From assembly GCA_024998565.1 (NCBI GenBank), contig JACOEM010000012.1:45403-109402 (forward strand): a DNA stretch of 64,000 bases, in the 5' to 3' direction. The number at the start of each line of letters is the position of its first letter. The stretch's first letter is position 1. Below, in pieces: positions 12,931 through 23,325 of this stretch. Source of the DNA: Nitrospira sp. GTDB taxonomy: Bacteria; Nitrospirota; Nitrospiria; Nitrospirales; Nitrospiraceae. The position numbers and the translations under genes are program-made. Under the pieces are notes generated by a model. That model was not told where the DNA came from and made no database searches. It saw only the letters and a program-made list of their open reading frames with translations.

Positions 12931-13923
12931 GTGAAGCGCAGTCGCATTGTCGGAACCGGTTCGTATGTGCCCTCCCGGGTTGTAGACAACCAGGAGGTAG
13001 CGGCTCCGCTCGGCTTGGCCCCGGACCAGATTGTCGCCTTGACCGGGATTCGGACCAGGCATTGGGTAGAGCAGGGCCAGGCGTCTTCGGACTTGGCGGT
13101 GGTCGCCGGGCAGCGAGCCTGCGAGGCGGCGGGGATGACTCCACAGTCTGTCGGTGCGATCCTTGTTTCAACGACCTCTCCTGACAGCGCCTTTCCCTCG
13201 ACGGCCTGCCATGTCCAACGTGCGCTGGGCGCGAATCCGATCATGGCGTTCGACCTGTCGGCGTCCTGCTCAGGGTTTCTCTATGGATTATCGATGGCGG
13301 ACGTCATGATTCGGAGCGGGCAGATTCGCTCGTGCCTGGTCATTGCCGCCGAGGTGAAATCACGGTGTCTCGATACGAGGGACAGAGAAACGGCTATGCT
13401 GTTCGGCGATGGCGCCGGTGCGGTGCTGGTTGTGCAGGAGGATTCATCCCAACCGGACGCTCCGGGCATTCTTGGTGTACGCCTTCATGCCGACGGGTCG
13501 GGCCACGGCCTGATTACCATTCCCGCCGGAGGATCGCGGAAGCCCATTGGGGTGGACACCGTCCGTGCGAGCGAGCACATGCTGCGCATGCAAGGCCGCG
13601 CGGTGTTTCGATCGGCGGTACGTCGCCTGGAGCAGGCAATGATCGATGTTTTAAAAGAGTTCGGCCTTGCGGCTGGCGATATGACAAGGGTCATTGCCCA
13701 TCAGGCCAATGCGCGGATTCTAGAGCAGCTACGTCGTCGTCTCGGCCTCTCGCAGGAGGCGGTCTACTCGGTGATTGAACAATATGGGAATACATCGTCG
13801 GCCTCTCTGCCGATCGCGCTGGATCAGGCAGTCCGGACACAGCGGCTTGCGGCAGGGGATCTGGTGTTGTTGGGCGCATTCGGCGGGGGCTTGACCTGGG
13901 CGACAGGCGTGGTGCGCTGGTAA
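12931..13923 (+). CDS. fabH: 3-oxoacyl-ACP synthase III
   Basis: Catalytic ASCSGF, AHQAN, GNTSSAS; FGDGAGA; GTG start at 12931 preferred. Confidence 0.9.
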   Translation: MKRSRIVGTGSYVPSRVVDNQEVAAPLGLAPDQIVALTGIRTRHWVEQGQASSDLAVVAGQRACEAAGMTPQSVGAILVSTTSPDSAFPSTACHVQRALGANPIMAFDLSASCSGFLYGLSMADVMIRSGQIRSCLVIAAEVKSRCLDTRDRETAMLFGDGAGAVLVVQEDSSQPDAPGILGVRLHADGSGHGLITIPAGGSRKPIGVDTVRASEHMLRMQGRAVFRSAVRRLEQAMIDVLKEFGLAAGDMTRVIAHQANARILEQLRRRLGLSQEAVYSVIEQYGNTSSASLPIALDQAVRTQRLAAGDLVLLGAFGGGLTWATGVVRW

Positions 13924-13947
13924 CCCCTCGCAGCTAGAAAGGACGTT

Positions 13948-14565
13948 ATGTTCGGTCTCATTCCTCGGGAAGAAGCGTTTTTCGATTTGTTCAAGAATGC
14001 GGCGCACAACATGATCGAGGGGAGCCGTCTTCTGAAAGACATGACGGAGGATTTCCGGAATCCTGTCGAAAAGGCCAAACGCATCAAGGACGTTGAGCAT
14101 GTCGGAGACGGTATTACTCATGAGATTGCCAGGAAGTTGAACCAGACATTCATCACGCCCATCGACCGGGAGGATATTCATGACCTCGCAAGCGCGTTGG
14201 ACGATATTCTGGACGTCGTCGAGGCCATCGCCGACCGGTTTGTTCTTTACAAGGTAGCGGCTCCTACGGAGGCGGCCATCCGCTTGGCGAATGTGTTGTA
14301 TCAGGCGGCGGTGGAAGTCGGGGCGACGGTCGACTTGCTGGGCAAGTCCCACCAGGCAGTCACGGAGTGCAGCGTACGGGTCAACAGCCTGGAGAACGAA
14401 GCCGACCGCATCTCTCGCGATGCCATTTCCTCGCTGTTCGAGAAGGAAACGGACCCGATCGCCGTGATCAAGTGGAAAGAGATCTACGAAAATTTCGAAG
14501 CAGGGACGGATCGGTGCGAAGATGTCGCCAACATCCTCGAGCGCATCGCCCTCAAGCATACGTGA
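13948..14565 (+). CDS. DUF47 phosphate transport regulator (PhoU-like)
   Basis: EHVGD, FITPIDRED, ENEAD, DRCEDVA; upstream of pit. Confidence 0.88.
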   Translation: MFGLIPREEAFFDLFKNAAHNMIEGSRLLKDMTEDFRNPVEKAKRIKDVEHVGDGITHEIARKLNQTFITPIDREDIHDLASALDDILDVVEAIADRFVLYKVAAPTEAAIRLANVLYQAAVEVGATVDLLGKSHQAVTECSVRVNSLENEADRISRDAISSLFEKETDPIAVIKWKEIYENFEAGTDRCEDVANILERIALKHT

Positions 14566-14628
14566 GCGCCTTCCGCGTTCTCCTCGACACCGATCCTGAT
14601 CATTATCTAAGGGTAGGAAGCGGCATTC

Positions 14629-15621
14629 ATGGCTGAACTGAGCGGGTTGTTGTTGGTCGTCGTGATTCTGGCATTGCTCTTTGATTTTTCCAACGGCTGG
14701 CACGACAGCGCCAATGCTATTGCGACCGTGGTATCGACGCGCGTGGTGAGTCCGTCCACGGCGGTGCTGGTGGCGGGGGTGCTCAATGTGGCCGGAGCGT
14801 TCATGTCGACCGCCGTCGCCAAGATGGTCGGAACCGGGATCGTCGATCCGCAGTCGGTGACGCAGGCGGTGGTGGCCTCGGCCTTGGCCGGGGCGATTGT
14901 GTGGAATTTTCTGACCCTGTTACTGGGGCTTCCGACCAGCTCCTCTCATGCACTGATCGGGGGGCTGGTCGGTGCCGCGCTGACCCACGGAGGCACGGCG
15001 GCCGTCAAGTTCTCAGGCCTGCGCTCGGTGCTGGAGGCGATGGTCTTGTCGCCGTTTTTCGGGTTTGCCATCGGGCTGGTGCTGATGGTGATCCTGAGTT
15101 GGGTGTTCTTCCGGGTGCCGCGCGCCTTGGCCTTGCGGTTGTTCTCACGTATGCAGCTGGTCTCCGCCAGTTTCATGGCATTCAGCCACGGGGCGAACGA
15201 TGCGCAGAAAGCCATGGGCATCATCACGCTGGCGTTGGTGTCCGCCGGAGTGCTTCCGACTGCGGAGGTGCCCACCTGGGTGATCGGCTCTTGTGCCCTG
15301 GCGATGGGGCTCGGCACGGCGGTCGGCGGGTGGCGGATCGTCCGTACCCTCGGCATGCGAATCGTGAAATTAGAACCGGTCCATGGCTTCGCGGCTGAAA
15401 CCGGAGCCGCCATTGTGCTGCTGGCGACCGCTCATATAGGCCTCCCGGTCAGCACGACCCATACCATCACCTCCACCGTCATGGGTGTCGGGGCGGTCAA
15501 GCGGCTCTCGGCGGTACGTTGGGGCGTGACCAGACGAATCCTGTCGGCGTGGCTCTTCACCTTGCCGGGGGCTGCGCTACTGTCGACTATCTGCTACCTG
15601 TTTCTGTCGAAACTGCAGTAG
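14629..15621 (+). CDS. pit: Inorganic phosphate transporter (PiT family)
   Basis: GWHDSANA and HGANDAQK signature motifs, PVSTTH. Confidence 0.93.
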   Translation: MAELSGLLLVVVILALLFDFSNGWHDSANAIATVVSTRVVSPSTAVLVAGVLNVAGAFMSTAVAKMVGTGIVDPQSVTQAVVASALAGAIVWNFLTLLLGLPTSSSHALIGGLVGAALTHGGTAAVKFSGLRSVLEAMVLSPFFGFAIGLVLMVILSWVFFRVPRALALRLFSRMQLVSASFMAFSHGANDAQKAMGIITLALVSAGVLPTAEVPTWVIGSCALAMGLGTAVGGWRIVRTLGMRIVKLEPVHGFAAETGAAIVLLATAHIGLPVSTTHTITSTVMGVGAVKRLSAVRWGVTRRILSAWLFTLPGAALLSTICYLFLSKLQ

Positions 15622-17446
15622 ACGAGTCCTGCGCGACGGGGAGGTGGACCACGAATCGACTCCCCCTGGGCGTATTGCCTTCCACCCAGACCTGCCCGCT
15701 ATGGGCCTCCACGATATGTTTCACGATGGCGAGCCCCAGCCCGGTCCCGCCGAGCTCGCGCGAGCGGGCTTTATCGACCCGGTAGAATCGCTCGAAGACA
15801 CGCGGCCGGTCTGCTTCAGGGATGCCGATTCCTGAGTCGGCCACGACGATCTCGATCATCGGGCGGGGTGAAGCTGCCCGCATGTGTGTGGCGTTGCGGA
15901 TGGCCATGGAGATCCGTCCCTGATCCGGGGTGTATTTCACCGCGTTTTCGAGCAGGTTGATGAAGACCTGTACCAGCCGTTCCTCGTCACCCTCGACCAC
16001 CCAATATTCGTCCGGGAGCGACAACTCGATCGTGTGATGTTTCTTGTCCGCCAGGGGTTTGATCACTGCCACGGTGCGTTCCAGTAACGCGCGCAAATCG
16101 ACCGGCTCACGGCGGAACAGCACCTGTCCGGACTCGATTTGCGACAACTGCAGCAGGTCATCCAGAATCAGATTCAGCCGGTTGCTCTGGCGCATGATGA
16201 TTTCCAGGAAGGCCGTTGCCGTCGCCGGCTCGTCTTTGCCTCCATCCAGCAGCGCCTCGACATAGCCCTTGATGGAGGTCAGCGGTGTGCGCAGTTCGTG
16301 CGACACGTTGGCGACGAAATCTTTCCGGATTTTTTCGAGCCGGCGCAGTTCCGTGATGTCGTGGAAGACGAACACGGCGCAGGCTTCCTGCTCGCGGCTG
16401 CCTCCGGCGATCGAGGCTTCGACCCGCAGACATCGCCCGCTGGGCGAGAGGGTAATTTCGCCGCCTTGCCCGGATCGGGTCTGCAGCACGGAGGAGACCA
16501 GGGCGGTCAGCCCTTCGTGCCGGATGAGTTCGGCATAGTGTCGGCCCCGCGATTCCGTCAGTTCCAGAGAGAACATCCGTTCCAGCGCCGGATTCACCTG
16601 GACGACGGTGCCGCGATAATCCAGCACCATGACGCCCTCGACCATGGCGATCAGCATGGCCAACAGTTGCGCGCGGTCGTCCGAAACCTCTTTGATTTTG
16701 GTTTCCAGCTGGTCGGTCATCTGGTTGAGGGTCTGCGCGAGCAGGCCGACTTCGTCCGTCGAGGAGACCACCAGTCGGACACCGGGCGTCCCGCCGGCAA
16801 GTTGGCGGGCGGCGGCGGCCATCTCTGAGAGCGGTTTTGTGAGATTGCGCGACACCCAGAGGCTCAAGGTCATGGCCAGCAGGAAGGCCGCGCCGAACGC
16901 CGTCGCTAAGTCCTGCTGAATGTGCCGCACGCGCTCATCGATCGAGGTCAGCGGAAGCCCGAGTCTGATGACGGGAATGCCGGGCTGCGCCGGCGTCGAG
17001 GCCGACAGCAGGCGGGCGACATAATACGTGCGTTCTCCGGTGGTCTGGCTGGCCCGGATATCCATCCCGCGTCCCGATCTTAGGGCCTGCGCGACTTCCG
17101 GCCGCGAGAGATGGTTTTCGACGTGAGTCAGCCCTTCAGTCGGCACGGCGCTGTCGGCGACGACGGTGCCGTCCTGTCGGATCACGGTGATGCGGAGGTG
17201 AGCCTGCTGGCTCAGGTCACGAACGGTGGCGTGGAGCAGGGAGCCTGGTATGGTCGATCCGGACTGATCGAACAACGGCCGGAGGGTCATGGCAGCCAAG
17301 CCGCTGCTGGTCTCCAGTGTCTCCGCCATGCGGCTGAGTTCGGTTTGTTCCACCGAGCGGATGACCAGCCACCCCGCGACCGCCAAGCCGACGAAGACGG
17401 CGGCGAGGGTGCCCAGGGCGACTTTCCACCGGATGCCGAGGTTCAT
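15587..17446 (-). CDS. phoR: PhoR-like sensor histidine kinase (HAMP-PAS-HisKA-HATPase)
   Basis: FVANVSHELRTPLTSI, NLLENAVKY, DSGIGI, GTGLGL; start set at MNLGIRWK overlapping the regulator stop. Confidence 0.8.
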   Translation of the reverse strand: MNLGIRWKVALGTLAAVFVGLAVAGWLVIRSVEQTELSRMAETLETSSGLAAMTLRPLFDQSGSTIPGSLLHATVRDLSQQAHLRITVIRQDGTVVADSAVPTEGLTHVENHLSRPEVAQALRSGRGMDIRASQTTGERTYYVARLLSASTPAQPGIPVIRLGLPLTSIDERVRHIQQDLATAFGAAFLLAMTLSLWVSRNLTKPLSEMAAAARQLAGGTPGVRLVVSSTDEVGLLAQTLNQMTDQLETKIKEVSDDRAQLLAMLIAMVEGVMVLDYRGTVVQVNPALERMFSLELTESRGRHYAELIRHEGLTALVSSVLQTRSGQGGEITLSPSGRCLRVEASIAGGSREQEACAVFVFHDITELRRLEKIRKDFVANVSHELRTPLTSIKGYVEALLDGGKDEPATATAFLEIIMRQSNRLNLILDDLLQLSQIESGQVLFRREPVDLRALLERTVAVIKPLADKKHHTIELSLPDEYWVVEGDEERLVQVFINLLENAVKYTPDQGRISMAIRNATHMRAASPRPMIEIVVADSGIGIPEADRPRVFERFYRVDKARSRELGGTGLGLAIVKHIVEAHSGQVWVEGNTPRGSRFVVHLPVAQDSSTAVSTETGSR

Positions 17447-18159
17447 GCTGGTACGTCGGATTCGCGTAGTTTGTATCCGAGCGATTTGATCGAAATGATG
17501 GCGTCGTCCAGCAGCGGAAGCTTTTGTTTGAGCCGGCGCACGTGGACATCGACCGTGCGCGTGGTGCCGTAGTAGTCGTAGCCCCACACGGCGCTGAGCA
17601 GCACGTCGCGAGTGAGCACCCGCCCGATGTTGCGCAGCAGGTGTTCCAGCAGGCCGAACTCCTTGGCCGTGAGCGCGACTTCCTGCCCATCCAGCCGGAC
17701 CTCGTGCCGGGAGAGATCTACGGTCAAGGGGCCGTAGTGATATTGTGTCTGGGGGCTGTTTGCGTTCCGTTCCAACCGTCGGAGGAGCGCCTTGACGCGC
17801 GCCACCAGCGCCTTGGGGCTGAAGGGTTTGGTGACGTAGTCGTCGGCGCCCAGTTCGAGGCCGATGACGGTGTCGGATTCCTCCGCCTTGGCGGTCAGCA
17901 TCAGAATGGGAAGCAGGGCGGTCTCTTGATTGAGCCGGATTCGTTTGCAGACTTCCAGTCCGTCCAGCTCAGGCAGCATGAGGTCGAGAATGATCAGGTC
18001 CGGATGCTCGGCTTTGACCTGGCGGAGTCCTTCTGTGCCGGTCATGGCGGAGACGGTGCGGAACCCTTCCTTCTCCAGATAGAGCTTGACGAGTTGGAGA
18101 ATATCCTTCTCGTCCTCGACGATCAGAATTTTTTTATGTGTGGTTGCGGGGGGAGGCAT
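17443..18159 (-). CDS. phoB: PhoB/PhoP-like OmpR-family response regulator
   Basis: Receiver DLIILDLMLP...LTAK...KPF and winged helix RTVDVHVRRLKQKL; adjacent to pit and phoR. Confidence 0.78.
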   Translation of the reverse strand: MPPPATTHKKILIVEDEKDILQLVKLYLEKEGFRTVSAMTGTEGLRQVKAEHPDLIILDLMLPELDGLEVCKRIRLNQETALLPILMLTAKAEESDTVIGLELGADDYVTKPFSPKALVARVKALLRRLERNANSPQTQYHYGPLTVDLSRHEVRLDGQEVALTAKEFGLLEHLLRNIGRVLTRDVLLSAVWGYDYYGTTRTVDVHVRRLKQKLPLLDDAIISIKSLGYKLRESDVPA

Positions 18160-18332
18160 GGCGGGATTCTCCCACAACGGTTCCACGGCCTCAACTGCTT
18201 TTGCGGTGGAACGAGGCCGATGATCCGGTTGACGACAAGGGCGGGTCTGACGTAAGGTGACCGTTCAGTGAGACTACGCGCTTTTCCCGGCAGGCCGGGC
18301 GGCCCTTCATGAGCGTGAGAGGGAATCAGCAG

Positions 18333-19295
18333 ATGAAGATTTATTTAGCCAATCCTCGTGGATTCTGCGCGGGTGTCGACCGCGCCATAGACATCGTCGA
18401 TTTGTCGCTCAAAAAATACGGCGCGCCGATTTATGTGCGCCATGAGATCGTCCACAGCCGGCACGTCGTGAATTCGCTCCGGCATAAGGGCGCCGTGTTT
18501 GTGGAAGAGCTGAACGAAGTGCCCGAAGGATCGGTCGTGATCTTCAGTGCCCACGGTGTGGCGAAATCGGTGTGGGAGGAGGCGCAGAGCCGCCGCCTGC
18601 ACGTGATCGATGCCACCTGTCCGCTGGTGATCAAGGTGCATAACGAAGTGAACCGGGACTATACGCAAGGGTACGAATTGATCCTCATCGGCCATGCGGG
18701 ACACCCGGAAGTGATCGGGACCTTGGGCCAGATCCCGGATAAGTTCCACCTGGTGTCCTCGGTCAAGGACGTGGAGAGCCTCCATGTCGAGAAGACGCAG
18801 AATCTCTCCTATGTGACCCAGACCACGCTGAGTGTCGATGAATGTCGGGACATTGTCGAGGCGTTGCACCGGCGGTTCCCCAATATCAAGGGGCCGCACC
18901 AGGAAGATATCTGTTATGCCACCCAGAACCGCCAGAATGCGGTCAAGTCGTTGTCGAAGCTGGTCGATGTGATTCTCGTGATCGGATCACCGAACAGCTC
19001 GAATTCGAATCGGCTTCGCGAATTGGGCGAGCATTGCGGCATTCCCTCCTACCTCATCGATGCGGCGTCGGACATTAATCCCGATTGGCTGAAAGATGCC
19101 AAGAGTGTGGGACTGTCCGCCGGGGCTTCGGCTCCCGAAGTCCTGGTCACCGAAGTGGTGGCCTACCTGAAGCGCCTTGGCTCTTCGGAAGAGGTCGAGG
19201 AACTCACGGTCATCGAAGAAGATGTGGAGTTTCTCCTTCCCAAAGAACTGGTCACGATCGAATCGGCGTCGCGCGCGTCGGCCTCGGCGAATTAA
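18333..19295 (+). CDS. ispH: 4-hydroxy-3-methylbut-2-enyl diphosphate reductase
   Basis: [34 protein letters not shown]. Confidence 0.97.
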   Translation: MKIYLANPRGFCAGVDRAIDIVDLSLKKYGAPIYVRHEIVHSRHVVNSLRHKGAVFVEELNEVPEGSVVIFSAHGVAKSVWEEAQSRRLHVIDATCPLVIKVHNEVNRDYTQGYELILIGHAGHPEVIGTLGQIPDKFHLVSSVKDVESLHVEKTQNLSYVTQTTLSVDECRDIVEALHRRFPNIKGPHQEDICYATQNRQNAVKSLSKLVDVILVIGSPNSSNSNRLRELGEHCGIPSYLIDAASDINPDWLKDAKSVGLSAGASAPEVLVTEVVAYLKRLGSSEEVEELTVIEEDVEFLLPKELVTIESASRASASAN

Positions 19296-19334
19296 CGTCG
19301 CCGGCTGCCGTCCGTTCTTCTTCCATACCGTTTT

Positions 19335-19370
19335 CGCCACTCCTCCATATGTTGGGGGAGTGGCGTCATT
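19335..19370 (+). terminator. Hairpin after ispH (terminator-like)
   Basis: CGCCACTCCTCCA-TATGT-TGGGGGAGTGGCG 13-bp stem with one G-T pair. Confidence 0.45.
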
Positions 19371-19484
19371 ATTCCCCCATATCAGGTGTTTTTCTTTGCA
19401 TTGATTCTATCGCTGTGATAGAAGATTTTCGTTTTATTCCTCACAATCCGTCCCATCTCAACCTTCTTGCTCTGGAGGTCGCCG

Positions 19485-22400
19485 GTGTATCTGAAGTCAT
19501 TGGAAATGCTCGGCTTCAAGTCGTTCGCGGAGGCGAAGATCCAATTTCCGAAAGGCATCACGGCCATCGTGGGTCCGAACGGGAGCGGCAAAAGTAATGT
19601 CGTGGACTCCATCCTCTGGGTATTGGGTGAGCAAAGTACGAAGACGCTTCGAAGCGAGAAGATGGAAGACGTCATCTTTAACGGCACCGAGGTTCGCAAA
19701 CCGTTAGGGCTGGTGGAGGTGTCGCTGGTGATCGGCGGGCTGGGAGAATTACGGCTGGATGCGATTTCCGGGCTACCAAGCGAGCTGAGTGAATATCAGG
19801 AACTGATGATCACCCGCCGCCTGTATCGAAACGGGGACAGCGAGTATCTCATCAATAAGACCCCCTGCCGGCTCAAAGACATTCGAAACGTGCTGATTGA
19901 AACCAGGGCGGGGTCCAAGGGCCATACCGTCATCGAGCAGGGGCGGATTGAGCAGATCCTGCAGGCCTCGCCGCAGGATCGCCGTGAGCTGATCGAGGAA
20001 ACCGCCGGTATTGTCCGCTACAAAAAACAAAAGGCCGAAGCTCTCCGCAAACTTGAGGCGACGCAGCAGAATCTGGTGCGTGTCCGGGACATTGTGGCCG
20101 AGGTCAAAAAGCAGCTGAATTCGCTGGAGCGGCAGGCTCGCCAGGCGCGTTCGTACCAGACCTTGCAGCAGGAGGCCCGCGGCCTGGAAATCGAACTCCT
20201 GTCCCGCGACTATCGCACCATGCATGCCGACCTGGAGTCCGTCGATCACGAAGCGCGCGAGGTGGAAGCGCAGGAAGCGGAGCAGGTGGCCGAACAGGCC
20301 CGCCTCGACTCGGACCAGGAAACGATCAGGCTGCGTATGAACGACGCGGCGGAGGCCATTTCCCGCGTGCGTGACACGTTGGCCGGCACGGAACAGCGGC
20401 AGTCGCAAGCGTTGACGGCGGCGGAGGTCGAACGGAACCGCACGGAATTGTTTGAACGTCAACGCATGCAGGCTGCGCAGGAAAAGGAGCGGCTGGCGGC
20501 GGATCAGGAGCAGGCGCAGTCGGAAATCGAGACCCTTCGGGCGATGTTGCTTCAGCTGGAAGGAGACATCGTCGAACAGGAGGCGCAATTCCAACAGGCG
20601 GATGTCGAGGCAAAGTCGTTGGCCGGCCATCGCGCGTCTGCGGTGGCGGAGGAAGAGCGTGCGCGGAAAGATGTGTTGAACCTGGCCGTCCTCGTGGCCA
20701 ACACAGAGCAGAGTCTGACGCAGCTGACGGCCCGTCAGCAGGAAACCGCCGCCCGGGCGGAGCGGGTCTCGCGCGAGCAGGAACAACTGACGGCGCAGGT
20801 GGCCGGGTTGGATCAGCAGCGCGACTTGCTGGCCGCGCAACGCGAAGAGGCCAGCGGGCGCATTCAAGAACTCATGGCCGAACGGCAGGCGGCGATCGAG
20901 CGGATCGAAGGCTTGGGCGGGCAGATCACCGGGCTGGATCGGGATATCGTGAAGTTTTCCGAAGATGTTGCCGGTGTGGAATCGCGCCTCGGTGCCTTGC
21001 AGGGTGTCGTGCGCGAGGAAATGGGATATGGGCGGGAAGGTGAGGAGGAAGGCACGGCGTTGAAAACGTGCGACGGCGTGCGCGAAGCACTTGCCGAGTG
21101 GCTCGTGATTCCGCCGGGGCTGGATCGGGCTGTAGAGACGATTCTCGGGGAACGTGTGCGCGGCTGGCTGGTGGATGAACCGTCGGCGGCCTGTCGTGCG
21201 GTGGAGTTTCTAAAGGGCAAAGAACTGGGGCGCGGAGCGTTTCTTCCGCAGCAATTGCGATGGGCTCCCGAGCAGGCGGCGCTTGATTCATCGGCCTCGT
21301 GGTGGCCGACGCTGACCGGACAGCCTGGTGTGGTGGGGCGCGCGACGGATTTGATCCGTGCGGAAGGCGCCTCTGCCGCGACATTGAGCTATTTGTTCGA
21401 GGGGATTGTGTTTGTGGAGTCGTTGGACGTGGCGCTGCAGCTCTGGCAGCAACACCAATGGGCGGCCCCCGCCGGTCCAACCTACGTCACGTTATCCGGT
21501 GAAACGCTGGACGCCGCCGGTGTGATGACCGGGGGCGGCAGCAGTGCCGGTGCCGGACTGTTGCAGCGTCGGCGTGAAGTATTGGAGTTGGAGGCGCGAC
21601 GGACCGAGGCGGTGCAGGCGCTGGAGCTGGCCAGGGCCGCGCGGGAAGAGGCAGCGGCTGAGTTGGGGCTCGGACGTGAAGATGAACAGCGCCTTGGCCG
21701 GGCCATCCGCGAAGCGGAGATGCTGGAGCTGTCGCTGCAGAAAGACGATGCAGGCGTGGAACGCCAGCGCGGGGAATTGCACCGGCGGATGGATGTATTG
21801 GCAGAGGAACAGCAGCGGAGCCTGGCCGAGCAGGCGCGGCTTCAAGAACAGTTTCAGTCCAGCCAGGCGCAGTTGGGGCAATGGGTGGCGGAAAAGGCCG
21901 GGCAGGAAAGCGGGTTGTTGCAAGTGCGAGAACGGCTGGTGGTGATCGAAAGCCAAAGCCTTGCGATCCAGCAACGATTGACCGAAGTCCGGTTGTCGCT
22001 GGAGAGCATGCGCGGGCGCCGGGAGCATGCCACGAACGACATCGCACGATTTACACAGCGCCTGGATGCCGCGCAACGCCGGGCGACTGATTTGGAAGAG
22101 CAGGTGGCCGGGTTGGTTGAAGCGACGGAAAATAGCCGCGAAGAGCAGACCAGGCAGGAAGCATTGTGCCGCGAATTGGGCGCAGAGGTGGACGGAATCA
22201 AAGCGGAGTTAGTGGCGGCCCAAGAGCGGCAGGCGCAGGAAATGGCCGGGTTGCATGCGGTGGAGGAAACCCTCAGCCAGGTGCGGCAGAGTCTCTCCGC
22301 CTTGCACGATCGGCGGATGAGGGCGGAAGTGCGAAAGGCAGAGGTGAAGGCGCATCTCTCCACGATTGAGAGTACGCTCGCCGGTACCTATCAAATCGAT

Positions 22401-23168
22401 CCGGCTACGCTACTGATGTCACCGGCAGGTGATCAGCCGGTCCCGGAGGGTGAAGAGCCTCCGGCCCCGGTCTCGATGCTTGAAACACCGCAATTGCGGG
22501 AGCAGATTCAAAAAATCCGTGAACGGCTGGACCGGATGGGTGCCATCAATCTGGCGGCCATCGACGAGCATCGTGAGCTGGAAGAGCGGTATCAGTTCCT
22601 GACGACCCAGGAGCAGGACCTCTCCACGTCCATCGCCTCCCTCAAGGAAATCATTCAGCGGATCAACCGGACGACGAAGGACATGTTCGTGGAGACGTTC
22701 AACGAGTTGCAACAGAAATTCCGGGACGTCTTTTCCCAGTTCTTCCCCGGTGGCCGCGCCGAGTTGCAATTGGTCGAGGAGCCGCTGGAAGAAGGGGTGG
22801 AGGACAATGGTGCGCGCGAGCCCGGTGTGGAGATCGTGGCCCAGCCGCCGGGGAAACGCTTGAAGAGCATTACCATGTTGTCCGGCGGAGAGAAGACGCT
22901 GACCGCGATGGCGCTGCTCATCGCCAGCTTCCTGATCCGCCCGACGCCGTTCTGTATCCTGGACGAAATCGACGCGCCGCTCGACGAAGAAAATATCGGG
23001 CGCTTCACGAGCGTGTTGCGCAGCCTGTCGTCGACCGCCCAGTTCATGGTCATCACGCACAATAAGCGGACGATGGCGATGGCGGACTCGTTGTTCGGGG
23101 TGACAATGGAAGAGCCGGGGGTGTCGACGTTGATCTCGGTCAAGCTTGGTGATCTCCAGCCGGCCTAG
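19485..23168 (+). CDS. smc: Chromosome segregation protein SMC
   Basis: Walker [10 protein letters not shown], long coiled coils with hinge, LSGGEK signature, [10 protein letters not shown]; GTG start behind GGAGG. Confidence 0.97.
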   Translation: MYLKSLEMLGFKSFAEAKIQFPKGITAIVGPNGSGKSNVVDSILWVLGEQSTKTLRSEKMEDVIFNGTEVRKPLGLVEVSLVIGGLGELRLDAISGLPSELSEYQELMITRRLYRNGDSEYLINKTPCRLKDIRNVLIETRAGSKGHTVIEQGRIEQILQASPQDRRELIEETAGIVRYKKQKAEALRKLEATQQNLVRVRDIVAEVKKQLNSLERQARQARSYQTLQQEARGLEIELLSRDYRTMHADLESVDHEAREVEAQEAEQVAEQARLDSDQETIRLRMNDAAEAISRVRDTLAGTEQRQSQALTAAEVERNRTELFERQRMQAAQEKERLAADQEQAQSEIETLRAMLLQLEGDIVEQEAQFQQADVEAKSLAGHRASAVAEEERARKDVLNLAVLVANTEQSLTQLTARQQETAARAERVSREQEQLTAQVAGLDQQRDLLAAQREEASGRIQELMAERQAAIERIEGLGGQITGLDRDIVKFSEDVAGVESRLGALQGVVREEMGYGREGEEEGTALKTCDGVREALAEWLVIPPGLDRAVETILGERVRGWLVDEPSAACRAVEFLKGKELGRGAFLPQQLRWAPEQAALDSSASWWPTLTGQPGVVGRATDLIRAEGASAATLSYLFEGIVFVESLDVALQLWQQHQWAAPAGPTYVTLSGETLDAAGVMTGGGSSAGAGLLQRRREVLELEARRTEAVQALELARAAREEAAAELGLGREDEQRLGRAIREAEMLELSLQKDDAGVERQRGELHRRMDVLAEEQQRSLAEQARLQEQFQSSQAQLGQWVAEKAGQESGLLQVRERLVVIESQSLAIQQRLTEVRLSLESMRGRREHATNDIARFTQRLDAAQRRATDLEEQVAGLVEATENSREEQTRQEALCRELGAEVDGIKAELVAAQERQAQEMAGLHAVEETLSQVRQSLSALHDRRMRAEVRKAEVKAHLSTIESTLAGTYQIDPATLLMSPAGDQPVPEGEEPPAPVSMLETPQLREQIQKIRERLDRMGAINLAAIDEHRELEERYQFLTTQEQDLSTSIASLKEIIQRINRTTKDMFVETFNELQQKFRDVFSQFFPGGRAELQLVEEPLEEGVEDNGAREPGVEIVAQPPGKRLKSITMLSGGEKTLTAMALLIASFLIRPTPFCILDEIDAPLDEENIGRFTSVLRSLSSTAQFMVITHNKRTMAMADSLFGVTMEEPGVSTLISVKLGDLQPA

Positions 23169-23239
23169 TCCCGGCGGGCATGAGTACGTAGGGGGCTGTT
23201 TCGGCGGGACTGTGCGGCGCCCTGAGGGGGGCGCTTCCC

Positions 23240-23268
23240 TTGACTGCCCAGAAACAGTTTGTTATACA
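23240..23268 (+). promoter_or_regulatory. Candidate sigma70 promoter for shc operon
   Basis: TTGACT-17nt-TATACA upstream of shc. Confidence 0.35.
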
Positions 23269-23325
23269 GTTCTGCTAATGGTTATAACTGGTACTGTGCG
23301 GTTTCATGTGATCGCTGCCTGATCG

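Noticed and set aside
18248-18272. Pho box upstream of phoB
   Set aside because: TGA(C) half-sites are spaced 10 then 11 bp with weak consensus match; not supportable
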